Shown here piece after piece: positions 7,373 through 14,219 of a stretch of 42,327 bases of DNA (its first letter is position 1; each line of letters begins with the position of its first letter). This stretch comes from an uncultured Candidatus Bathyarchaeia archaeon (GTDB taxonomy: Archaea > Thermoproteota > Bathyarchaeia > TCS64), in the NCBI GenBank assembly GCA_964628765.1, contig CAZVMT010000002.1, positions 1 through 42,327 of the forward strand. Direction: 5' to 3'. Made by a program: the position numbers and the translations under genes. The notes beneath the pieces are model-generated. The model saw only the letters and a list, made by a program, of their open reading frames with translations, did not search any database and was not told the DNA's origin.

Positions 7373-7810
7373 TTATTTCTCATATATGGCTTTTTCTACT
7401 TTTCCTTCTATTGCTTTACCCCAAACACATAATGTTTTTCTTTCCGCTCTTAGATTTTTAAGAAATTTCTCTAAAGCACCTTCAAACGTTTTACCATAAG
7501 CGGCAAGCGATAAAATGACATTTTCGGTAAAAAATTGCTTACAAGTCGCACAATAATAGCCATCTTCTTTTTTAACAGTAATTTCAAAATTATCCAATTC
7601 GTCGATCTTCCATCCATCTTCATAATCAGTAACTTCCCAACCGAAGTAAATTGCATAACCAGGGTATTTGTTTATTTTAAATTCCTTTGATGATTCTTCT
7701 ATAGTATAAGAACCTTTTATTTTACCCTTTATACACAAGTCTACAATTTTCTTACATCGATAATCCGTAAGTTTTCTTAATCTATCATCTTTTATAAATA
7801 TTTTTTTCAT
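7373..7810 (-). CDS. hypothetical protein
   Basis: 145-aa ORF. No family recognised. Confidence 0.55.
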   Translation of the reverse strand: MKKIFIKDDRLRKLTDYRCKKIVDLCIKGKIKGSYTIEESSKEFKINKYPGYAIYFGWEVTDYEDGWKIDELDNFEITVKKEDGYYCATCKQFFTENVILSLAAYGKTFEGALEKFLKNLRAERKTLCVWGKAIEGKVEKAIYEK

Positions 7811-7911
7811 ATAATTTTCCTCACTTCCTCTCTTATCGCTTCAGGCACATCATCGATAGACCAGCCATAATTTAACTTTGAGAGCCAGATATCGATAATA
7901 TATATTTCCAT
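7807..7911 (-). CDS. possible 34-aa leader ORF coupled to 7373..7810
   Basis: MEIYIIDIWLSKLNYGWSIDDVPEAIREEVRKII. It has an ATGA overlap with the next start and only a weak AAGGA SD. Confidence 0.3.
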   Translation of the reverse strand: MEIYIIDIWLSKLNYGWSIDDVPEAIREEVRKII

Positions 7912-7969
7912 TAACTTACCGTCCTTAGGTGCTTACACATCTTTTCAACTGTATACATTTACGCCCACG

Positions 7970-8055
7970 TCTTTGTAAACTCCTCCGCTGTTCTTTGTAA
8001 ACGCAGAGGTTATTTACAAACGTCTTTGTAAATCTATATACGTTTCTTTGTAAAC
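7970..8055. repeat. iteron array, 4 direct copies of TCTTTGTAAA(C/T) plus one inverted copy
   Basis: Copies at 7970, 7992, 8023 and 8045 (spacing 22/31/22 bp). Inverted TTTACAAA at 8013-8020. Most copies are preceded by ACG. An AT-rich stretch follows. Confidence 0.8.
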
Positions 8056-8059
8056 CAAC

Positions 8060-8191
8060 CTATTTTTTCCAAAATTCTATTGTTAATCCAAACAAAACAA
8101 AATTTAAGGCAAATATTTTAAAATACAATCCTTTGAGATATACAAAGGCAAACTTCTTTACCCACGATTTATGTATTTTTACATTTATCAT
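8060..8191 (-). CDS. possible 43-aa small membrane protein
   Basis: MINVKIHKSWVKKFAFVYLKGLYFKIFALNFVLFGLTIEFWKK. GGGGAA lies 5 nt upstream. It sits in an otherwise noncoding AT-rich stretch. Confidence 0.3.
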   Translation of the reverse strand: MINVKIHKSWVKKFAFVYLKGLYFKIFALNFVLFGLTIEFWKK

Positions 8192-8346
8192 AATTTTCCC
8201 CTGTTATTATGTTCAGCAATTCTCTTTGAAACGGAATTAGTGAACATTGCCGTAGGTTTGTTATACTCCGATTGCATTATGTGTCCTCGTGGGGACACTC
8301 TTTATATTACAACTGTAATTTTCTCCATTACATTTACATTACTACG

Positions 8347-8376
8347 GCCAGAGTACAGCCAGAGTAACGGCCAGAG
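8347..8376. repeat. triple GCCAGAG direct repeat
   Basis: GCCAGAG at 8347, 8358 and 8370 (11- and 12-bp phasing), immediately after the stop of 8378..8578. Confidence 0.7.
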
Positions 8377-8377
8377 C

Positions 8378-8578
8378 TTATTCCACTTTCGCCAACTTTA
8401 TGCCACTTATGGCATTAGTAGATTCCTCTATATCCTTCTCCAATATCCGCTTTAGCCGTTTTCTTCTTAACCGCCTATAACATCGTTTTATTCCAGGGCT
8501 ATATTGCCAAGGGGTATCTTTCCACTCCCATACTTCAACTATATTTTTTTCTTCACGGTTAGGGTTGGTTTGTGTCAT
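8378..8578 (-). CDS. hypothetical basic protein
   Basis: 66-aa ORF with an ATGA overlap with the upstream gene and the Arg-rich stretch RCYRRLRRKRLKR. Confidence 0.5.
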   Translation of the reverse strand: MTQTNPNREEKNIVEVWEWKDTPWQYSPGIKRCYRRLRRKRLKRILEKDIEESTNAISGIKLAKVE

Positions 8579-9063
8579 TTTGCTATATAAACGCTGTAAC
8601 CTGCTTTTATTTTGTTTAATCTTTTTATAATATCTTCTAATTTTTCACCGAAATATATCATAATTGAACTATTGTTTTCGGGATTAATTACAGTAAAAGC
8701 GTATATTTTACCCTTTATAAAATCTTCTCTTCGCCAATCAGAATTAGTATTTTCAAAAACAGAATCACTTTTAGTAAAATTAGCAGGTTCTCTTACTTCA
8801 AAATTAAAATTTGTTGATATATCAGCAATTTTTTCTACATATTCATCATAGACCCGTCCAGCATTATGTTCATAAGGTTTATCGTTCCAATCATCTCCCC
8901 ATTGTTCCCCATTCTTGCCAAGATACAACCTAACCATATTACCCTTAATTTCACAATCAATTAATTCCTGATTTATGTTTGTCATCTCTTTATATTCCTC
9001 CTCAAACTTTTCTTTAAATTCTTTATTCTCCATTAGCTTATCGAGATACGTTTTCTGTTTCAT
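8575..9063 (-). CDS. hypothetical protein
   Basis: 162-aa ORF containing WGDDWNDKPYEHNAG. Family not recognised. Confidence 0.55.
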   Translation of the reverse strand: MKQKTYLDKLMENKEFKEKFEEEYKEMTNINQELIDCEIKGNMVRLYLGKNGEQWGDDWNDKPYEHNAGRVYDEYVEKIADISTNFNFEVREPANFTKSDSVFENTNSDWRREDFIKGKIYAFTVINPENNSSIMIYFGEKLEDIIKRLNKIKAGYSVYIAK

Positions 9064-9305
9064 CTTAGCAATGCTATAAATCTTTCAGCTTCATTTCTAT
9101 CGCTGTTTTTTTCTTCTTCTGGTAATTTGGAATATGGGGTTTTCATTTGACGTTTCCATCTTTCTACTGCCCAAGACGGAATAACCATATTCTCCGTTTC
9201 TTTATCAAATTGCCCTCTTTCGTGATAACATTTTGAAAATAAATACTCCATCCATCCAGACCATTGTTTATGACATAACTCTGCAATTTTTTCTTTCTCT
9301 TTCAT
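9060..9305 (-). CDS. RyR-domain-like small protein
   Basis: HKQWSGWMEYL...PYSKLPEEEKNSDRNEAERFIALL resembles the phage/bacterial RyR (PF02026-type) pattern W...PY.ELPE.EK..DR. Confidence 0.4.
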   Translation of the reverse strand: MKEKEKIAELCHKQWSGWMEYLFSKCYHERGQFDKETENMVIPSWAVERWKRQMKTPYSKLPEEEKNSDRNEAERFIALLR

Positions 9306-9307
9306 AA

Positions 9308-9502
9308 TTAACCTCCCTTATTTTCATAATCAATCTCCCACCACAACACATTACATAGCGGTACATACCATTCATTATCAATTCCCTTACACCTAACAAA
9401 TAACATAGGTATACCATTTTTCTTAACAATTTCAGGTTCATCTATTACGCTACAAAATTCCTCTGGTTCATCTACATCACGATAACTTATTTTTATATTC
9501 AT
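9308..9502 (-). CDS. hypothetical protein
   Basis: 64-aa ORF with AAAGGAGG upstream. Confidence 0.5.
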   Translation of the reverse strand: MNIKISYRDVDEPEEFCSVIDEPEIVKKNGIPMLFVRCKGIDNEWYVPLCNVLWWEIDYENKGG

Positions 9503-9523
9503 AATTAACCTCCTTTATTTTGA

Positions 9524-9756
9524 CCACTCCACCTATCTTGGTTGTTTCCCTTCACCAAAGTTCCAGTAACAACTAACATGTATCTTCAAGAAGAGCCCAG
9601 GGGCTCTTATCAGCAGAGTGGAACGTTTAAGAACTAATTGCCTGTTTTCCCACCCTCACAGGCTCGTCTGCTATAGTCAGACACCCTACCACATCTAATA
9701 AATACAAGCACAGGCTCATACTCTTGTGTGGTATTACTTATACCAATTACTATAGA
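9524..9756 (-). ncRNA. structured noncoding segment between the tRNA-Thr and the next gene
   Basis: On the minus strand: GGTAT/ATACC, GTCTG/CAGAC, GCCTGT/ACAGGC (loop GAGGGTGGGAAA), AAGAGCC/GGCTCTT and GTTGTT/AACAAC hairpins. CCACTC/GAGTGG (9616-9621 with 9524-9529) closes a 3-way junction. Confidence 0.4.
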
Positions 9757-9830
9757 TGGAGCTGACAGTTTGAATTGAACAAACATCTACTGTTTACAAG
9801 ACAGCAGCTCTGCCGTTGAGCTATGCCAGC
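9757..9830 (-). tRNA. tRNA-Thr (anticodon UGU) with encoded CCA
   Basis: Folded by hand. Acceptor GCTGGCA/TGTCAGC, D arm GCTC-AACGGCA-GAGC, anticodon arm GCTGT-CTTGTAA-ACAGT, T arm GTTTG-TTCAATT-CAAAC. U8, A14, GG, U33 and TTCAA are present, with discriminator T then CCA. Confidence 0.9.
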
Positions 9831-9834
9831 AATA

Positions 9835-9916
9835 TGGTGGAGGTGGTGACTTTCGCCACGTTTCCGAGAATAGGGTAGCAACGTAGTTGTGCCTACTTCG
9901 GTCGATTTACACCCCC
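9835..9916 (-). ncRNA. tRNA-like element (7-bp acceptor-type stem ending ACCA) lacking canonical D/T arms
   Basis: GGGGGTG...CACCTCC-ACCA closing stem. Inside are a long irregular hairpin and a GTGGC-GAAA-GTCAC (GNRA) hairpin. It lies 4 nt upstream of the tRNA-Thr 5' end. Confidence 0.35.
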
Positions 9917-9920
9917 ATAT

Positions 9921-10745
9921 CTAAACGCTTGCGTGTATATCTTTGCCCTTCTCTGGTTCACCATTTAATCTGACCCTTGTAGATCCCGTTGCTGGTTTTA
10001 TATACATTCCTTTTAAACTATAACTTGCATATCCCATGTAACTACCTGTTGCTACAAAACATTCCTGTTGTTCTATTAATTTTTTATTGTGCATATCGGG
10101 ATATATATACTTTTCTTTTAATGCTATTTTGCTATGAACATGAGCGCCAAAATATATATCAGCTAAGGCCATACTCTTCAATGACATAATCCGATTTACT
10201 TTTCCACCCTGTGTCCTGCCTCCGCCTATCACATGATGAAGAAAAGCAGAATAACAAATGGGTCGTCTCTTATCCATTCTCTTATTCCCCCGGCTTTCAC
10301 CTACATTTAAAAATAAATAAGCGCACCAATTAGGGAAATATTCTATATCTAAAAACTTTGATAAATCCTGTATAGGACTATCACCAACTGCTTTTAGTAT
10401 GCGTTCTTCGTGGTTACCCTCAAAGCAACCTAATATCTTATCTTTTATCGGTCTTAATTCTTCAGTAATAAAGTCTTTTGCTTTTGCTAAATTAAATTGG
10501 TTATCGTGTACATTGCCTATTGATGTTTTTATGGTAGCGTCAAAAACATCTCCCATTAAAAATGTGTACGCTTCAGGTGTGTCTTTTATCCACTTAACCA
10601 TATCTCTAAATTTTTTAGTTGCATATACTCCTTCGGGTAATTCTCCTCCTAAACCTGATTTATCCCCACAATGAAAATCACCAATGGGTATAAAATAGAT
10701 GTGGTCAAATTCTTGTGGGAATACAATACTTTTAGTCTTTATCAA
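9921..10745 (-). CDS. calcineurin-like metallophosphoesterase
   Basis: IGDFHCG (GDxH), MGDVFDA (GDxxD), EGNHEE (GNHE) and GAHVH motifs, in order. Confidence 0.8.
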   Translation of the reverse strand: MIKTKSIVFPQEFDHIYFIPIGDFHCGDKSGLGGELPEGVYATKKFRDMVKWIKDTPEAYTFLMGDVFDATIKTSIGNVHDNQFNLAKAKDFITEELRPIKDKILGCFEGNHEERILKAVGDSPIQDLSKFLDIEYFPNWCAYLFLNVGESRGNKRMDKRRPICYSAFLHHVIGGGRTQGGKVNRIMSLKSMALADIYFGAHVHSKIALKEKYIYPDMHNKKLIEQQECFVATGSYMGYASYSLKGMYIKPATGSTRVRLNGEPEKGKDIHASV

Positions 10746-10761
10746 ATATTTCCTCCTTTAC

Positions 10762-10944
10762 TTACTCAAACTCGAAGTATCTTTCTAACTTATCATTACT
10801 TTCGTCCTCGTATTCTTCCTTACTTATCTCAAGTCTGTCCCCGCAAAAAGGGCAATAACTGACATATTTGTCCCCCTTTAAAGTAAACGATATAACGAAC
10901 CCGCACTTCGGGCATTCCCAATATTGCTCATTGGTCGCTTCCAT
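10762..10944 (-). CDS. zinc-ribbon protein
   Basis: CPKCGF...CPFCGD in a 60-aa ORF. Confidence 0.55.
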   Translation of the reverse strand: MEATNEQYWECPKCGFVISFTLKGDKYVSYCPFCGDRLEISKEEYEDESNDKLERYFEFE

Positions 10945-11473
10945 TTTTCTCCTTTGGAATTAACTTGCACTGTTCCGCTATTTGAATAACTTTATCCGGA
11001 TAAAATTTATCGGTTGCATATCCGGCTACCCAGATTTCTTTAATAAATATTCTCATATCTTTTAAGGCTTTATCAGTAAGAGCCATTCTATATCTTTGGA
11101 CTTTTTTCCCATCTATATCTATCATTGAATTTTTTATTACATTGACATAATCAAACATACATTCTTGATAATTGTAGTATGCCCTGAAGGTTGCTTTTGG
11201 TATAAAAATATACTTATTTAAAACTTTATCCCATTCGTGAGTACCACAAGTTACATAGCCATTCGTGCCATGATATATTCCCGGTTTAGCTTTTATACCT
11301 AGAATATTGTTCGATTTCTTTCCTGTAATCGTGTCGAAAGGCATAGACCTCAACCAACCTGTTTCCCATATCGCCTGCGCAATGATAGCGGAAGCAGGAA
11401 AGCCAGAAACTTTCTTGACCTCATAGGCTATATCTTTTAATTGCTTTACTACCCACCATTGGCGTATGTTCAT
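10928..11473 (-). CDS. endolysin, GH73 N-acetylglucosaminidase (FlgJ/mannosyl-glycoprotein endo-beta-N-acetylglucosaminidase type)
   Basis: AQAIWETGW...SNNILGIKA...FRAY..Y matches the glucosaminidase family signature. It sits after the tail fibre and a membrane protein. Confidence 0.75.
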   Translation of the reverse strand: MNIRQWWVVKQLKDIAYEVKKVSGFPASAIIAQAIWETGWLRSMPFDTITGKKSNNILGIKAKPGIYHGTNGYVTCGTHEWDKVLNKYIFIPKATFRAYYNYQECMFDYVNVIKNSMIDIDGKKVQRYRMALTDKALKDMRIFIKEIWVAGYATDKFYPDKVIQIAEQCKLIPKEKNGSDQ

Positions 11474-11829
11474 TTAATCTTCTCCCTCAACTCTTTCATC
11501 TCTGCTTGTATTTTAGCTATTGCAGGGTTATTACCATTCATGAAGTCTAATATCCTGTCAAAGCAAGTCAACATTTTACTCCATGCGTCAACATTATCTT
11601 TGTCGTGCTTATCTAACTTATTTAATGTCTGTACCTGTATAACACTTCCATCTTTAAGGTTTTTGGTAATCTCCAAATTAATCCGCTTATTTTCAGTTAC
11701 GTTGTTATCTATATTAGTTATTTTCCCTTCCAATAGACTCCACATCTTACGAACTAAAAATGTTGCAACGTAGAAGATGAAAATGTACGAACCATATTTA
11801 TAAATATTTTCTGGGGTCAATCCTAACAT
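11470..11829 (-). CDS. holin-like lysis membrane protein
   Basis: Single N-terminal TM (YGSYIFIFYVATFLV) followed by a charged coiled coil. It lies immediately upstream of the endolysin and overlaps it. Confidence 0.4.
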   Translation of the reverse strand: MLGLTPENIYKYGSYIFIFYVATFLVRKMWSLLEGKITNIDNNVTENKRINLEITKNLKDGSVIQVQTLNKLDKHDKDNVDAWSKMLTCFDRILDFMNGNNPAIAKIQAEMKELREKIK

Positions 11830-11845
11830 CTAATCACCTATCCTT

Positions 11846-12103
11846 TTACTTCACTACTTCTTTAACTACTACCTCTATCGGCTCTACCTTTTTCGTTATA
11901 CCCAGCTTGATACACTCGGCTATAAGTGCGTTCACTTCTGCAAGCTCTAAATCTCTTTGTGCCATCTCCCTCGCCTTCTGTGCTTCAATAGTTGCTTTCT
12001 GCTTTAGTAGAAAATCATAATTATAGGTATGCTCTACTTCTTTTGTTTCAGTCTTGACTACCTTAATTTCTGTATCGCTTATTTTACTAAATACATCTGT
12101 CAT
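11846..12103 (-). CDS. small coiled-coil protein downstream of the tail fibre
   Basis: 85-aa ORF with SD GGAAGGTG. Confidence 0.5.
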   Translation of the reverse strand: MTDVFSKISDTEIKVVKTETKEVEHTYNYDFLLKQKATIEAQKAREMAQRDLELAEVNALIAECIKLGITKKVEPIEVVVKEVVK

Positions 12104-12125
12104 ATTTATTCACCTTCCTTTTATT

Positions 12126-13646
12126 TTATGGTGTCCAATCAGTCGCTAATTCTCTCCACCCACCATCTGCGTAAACCTTAAAAGTATCATCAAAAGTATT
12201 TATACAGAATAACCCTTCTGCACCTGTCGGGTCGCCTGTGTCTGTTTTGGTAATGATAGTTCCGATTATTTCTCTTGTTGTACCTGTTCGTGTAAAGTAT
12301 AGATTTGTACTGTCCATTTCCAAAGCTCCAACTTCAGGTGTCGTCAATAAAGTCCCTGCGGTAAACTTCAACGGTGCAGTAGAGGCGGTGGCTGTGCCTG
12401 CTGCTATATGGACTTTTGCTGTAGGTGATGTTACTCCATTTATGCCAATATTACGATTTGTTCCCTTTATAGTCATTGCTAATTCTGTAGCTTTTCTACC
12501 ACCTGCATAAAATTCTATATCAGTTGAAGCAGTAAATGCAGAGATGAAGAAATTTCCACCACCAGCTTGTATACCCGCTTTTCCAGTATAAGCAGAAACA
12601 TCAGTATAACCATCATTATAGGCAGCAAAATTAACATTGCAATCAGATGTTGAGGCTATATACCCAGCGTAAAAATTCCCAGCACCAACTTGGTCTAACT
12701 TAGTTATAAGATTATCAGAAGCTTTATAAATGTGTAAAATATTTGTTGGATTCGCAATCCCTATACCTATAAACCCAGTATCTCCTGATACAACTAACTT
12801 ATCTGTATCTACCGTAAAGTCATCACCACTTGCATCACCCAAAGCAATATTAAGCACTCCACCTGTATCTACAGTTATTGCACGAGAATCGTATAAAGTA
12901 GTTCCGCCTAAATCAAGGGACGTTCCTGTGGCTGCACCGATTACAGGAGTAGTTAAAGTAGGTGTAGTTCCGAACACCAACGCACCTGTGCCTGTTTCAT
13001 CACTTATCACCCCAGCAAGCTCAGCGGAAGTAGTTGCGGCAAAGGCAGATAGTTTATCAGTATGTTTACCAAAGGTTGCTTCAAAAGTAGCATCTAAATC
13101 CGTATCAGTATTTTGTGTATGCAATTCAGTATCTCTGGCTATTTTAGCGTCCAGACTAAAGACAGTTCCAGTCAATACTATCTCATCTACTGTGCCTGTA
13201 TAAGTTGTATTGGTATCGGTATAATTGCCTGCATGGATATCAGTTGCTCCCTGGTCTGCTGTCCAGTCTATATGTTCATTAGCTACAAATCCCGATAAGT
13301 TATCGTGAACAATTTCAGAATCTTTAGAAGAAAATACAGTCCCCGTTAAAGTCAATCCTGTACCTGCTGTATAAGTGGTATCTGTGTCTGTATCTGGTTT
13401 AGCGTCTAACTGGTCTTGTATATTGCTTGTTACACCGTCAAGAAAAGCAAACTCGGTCAGGGTTACAGTATCAAATACAGCGTCAATTAAGTCCATGTTA
13501 TCGTTAGCATTTTCAAACCAATCTGTTGTTACATCTTCACTTGCTATTTTTACTAACTCTAAATTGGTTGTTTTAGTTGTTGTCGTATAGCCAATTATGT
13601 AAGCCACTAAACATATTATAATAATAGGTATAAATAATTTTTTCAT
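12126..13646 (-). CDS. tail fibre / receptor-binding protein
   Basis: 506 aa, Thr/Gly-rich. Internal repeats TTYTAGTGLTLTGTVFS and TTYTGTVDEIVLTGTVFS plus ANEHIDWT, typical of phage fibres. It is the last structural gene before lysis. It also has a hydrophobic N-terminus. Confidence 0.65.
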   Translation of the reverse strand: MKKLFIPIIIICLVAYIIGYTTTTKTTNLELVKIASEDVTTDWFENANDNMDLIDAVFDTVTLTEFAFLDGVTSNIQDQLDAKPDTDTDTTYTAGTGLTLTGTVFSSKDSEIVHDNLSGFVANEHIDWTADQGATDIHAGNYTDTNTTYTGTVDEIVLTGTVFSLDAKIARDTELHTQNTDTDLDATFEATFGKHTDKLSAFAATTSAELAGVISDETGTGALVFGTTPTLTTPVIGAATGTSLDLGGTTLYDSRAITVDTGGVLNIALGDASGDDFTVDTDKLVVSGDTGFIGIGIANPTNILHIYKASDNLITKLDQVGAGNFYAGYIASTSDCNVNFAAYNDGYTDVSAYTGKAGIQAGGGNFFISAFTASTDIEFYAGGRKATELAMTIKGTNRNIGINGVTSPTAKVHIAAGTATASTAPLKFTAGTLLTTPEVGALEMDSTNLYFTRTGTTREIIGTIITKTDTGDPTGAEGLFCINTFDDTFKVYADGGWRELATDWTP

Positions 13647-13753
13647 TATATAACCATCTCCTTTAATAACTTATTACATTTTTTTGAGTTACAACTTCTA
13701 CAAGCAGGCACAATATTTTCTTTAACATTATTACCACCCTTCGAAATTGGCAT
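13646..13753 (-). CDS. 35-aa ORF resembling only the C-terminal half of an HNH endonuclease
   Basis: MPISKGGNNVKENIVPACRSCNSKKCNKLL... carries the GG...N....C..CN..K tail of HNH nucleases. It has TAATG overlaps at both ends. Confidence 0.4.
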   Translation of the reverse strand: MPISKGGNNVKENIVPACRSCNSKKCNKLLKEMVI

Positions 13754-13983
13754 TATTTTTCCTCCTCCGTCCAATCAGTAGTGTTCTTACTACCATATTT
13801 ATTTTCTATATCTACCCTTCGGACATCTGCCGAAGGATCATCAAATATATATTTGGCAATAGCTCCGCGGGAGGTATCGCTTTTATCTTCCATATTGCCC
13901 CTTGTAACTGTGCGGTTGGTAATATCCTCACTCTTCCAGTGGGGAGATTGTACTTTTTTTTCTTCTGTCCAATTAGTGGTCAT
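13753..13983 (-). CDS. hypothetical protein
   Basis: 76-aa ORF that begins TTNWTEEKK and ends TTDWTEEEK. Confidence 0.5.
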   Translation of the reverse strand: MTTNWTEEKKVQSPHWKSEDITNRTVTRGNMEDKSDTSRGAIAKYIFDDPSADVRRVDIENKYGSKNTTDWTEEEK

Positions 13984-13997
13984 TTCGTCACCTCAAT

Positions 13998-14026
13998 TTG
14001 ACATTTATTAAAAATAAGAGTATAAG
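13998..14026 (+). promoter_or_regulatory. plus-strand sigma70-type promoter
   Basis: TTGACA (13998-14003), 17 nt, TATAAG (14021-14026), followed by a G6 SD and ATG 14049. Confidence 0.55.
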
Positions 14027-14048
14027 TTATATATAAGGGGGGTCTATT

Positions 14049-14219
14049 ATGCGTGCCTATAAAGGGTATAAAGGAAATATAATAGAAATTTTCTTTAAAT
14101 GGGGTTTATATCTTTTAGTTGGATATATTATGTTTAATATATTGCGGACAAATTGGTTTGTATTTATGTTGATATGTATAATAATTATAATGGCTAATCC
14201 CGGCTATTTTAAAGAGTAG
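14049..14219 (+). CDS. 56-aa two-TM membrane protein, the only credible plus-strand gene (moron-like)
   Basis: My translation: MRAYKGYKGNIIEIFFKWGLYLLVGYIMFNILRTNWFVFMLICIIIIMANPGYFKE. GGGGGG lies 6 nt upstream. It occupies the only gap in the tail module. Confidence 0.55.
   Translation: MRAYKGYKGNIIEIFFKWGLYLLVGYIMFNILRTNWFVFMLICIIIIMANPGYFKE

Noticed and set aside
7471-7656. Same-strand nested ORFs 7471..7656 and 40833..41024.
   Set aside because: They are alternative frames wholly inside longer, better-supported ORFs, and they have no SD.
6350-7810. A HicAB-type toxin-antitoxin pair, suggested by HicB-like motifs in 6350..6589 and 7373..7810.
   Set aside because: No HicA-like small basic toxin ORF is adjacent, and the motif match (GKT.EEA) is short. 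I report it only as a fold hint.
7970-8055. A CRISPR mini-array or solitary repeat units. The same question applies to 39609..39671 and 8347..8376.
   Set aside because: The repeats are 7-11 bp with 11-31-bp periods, far shorter than CRISPR repeats and spacers. No cas genes are present.
8171-8455. Plus-strand 94-aa ORF in the large noncoding stretch.
   Set aside because: It has no SD or promoter, its sequence is hydrophobic junk-like, and it runs antisense into gene 8378..8578.
9665-9725. A second tRNA downstream of tRNA-Thr, suggested by GTCTG-ACTATAG-CAGAC, which looks like an anticodon arm.
   Set aside because: There is no U33 in the loop, no acceptor-stem partner and no D arm. The following hairpin has a 12-nt loop instead of a T loop.
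12238-13590. Plus-strand ORFs of 60-157 aa opposite the long minus-strand genes. Examples are 12238..12510, 12730..13203 and 13375..13590. The same applies to 302..643, 18496..18897, 28032..28542, 31049..31918 and 38169..38489.
   Set aside because: They lie entirely inside well-supported minus-strand genes, lack Shine-Dalgarno sites and have low-complexity shadow-frame composition. They are antisense artefacts.
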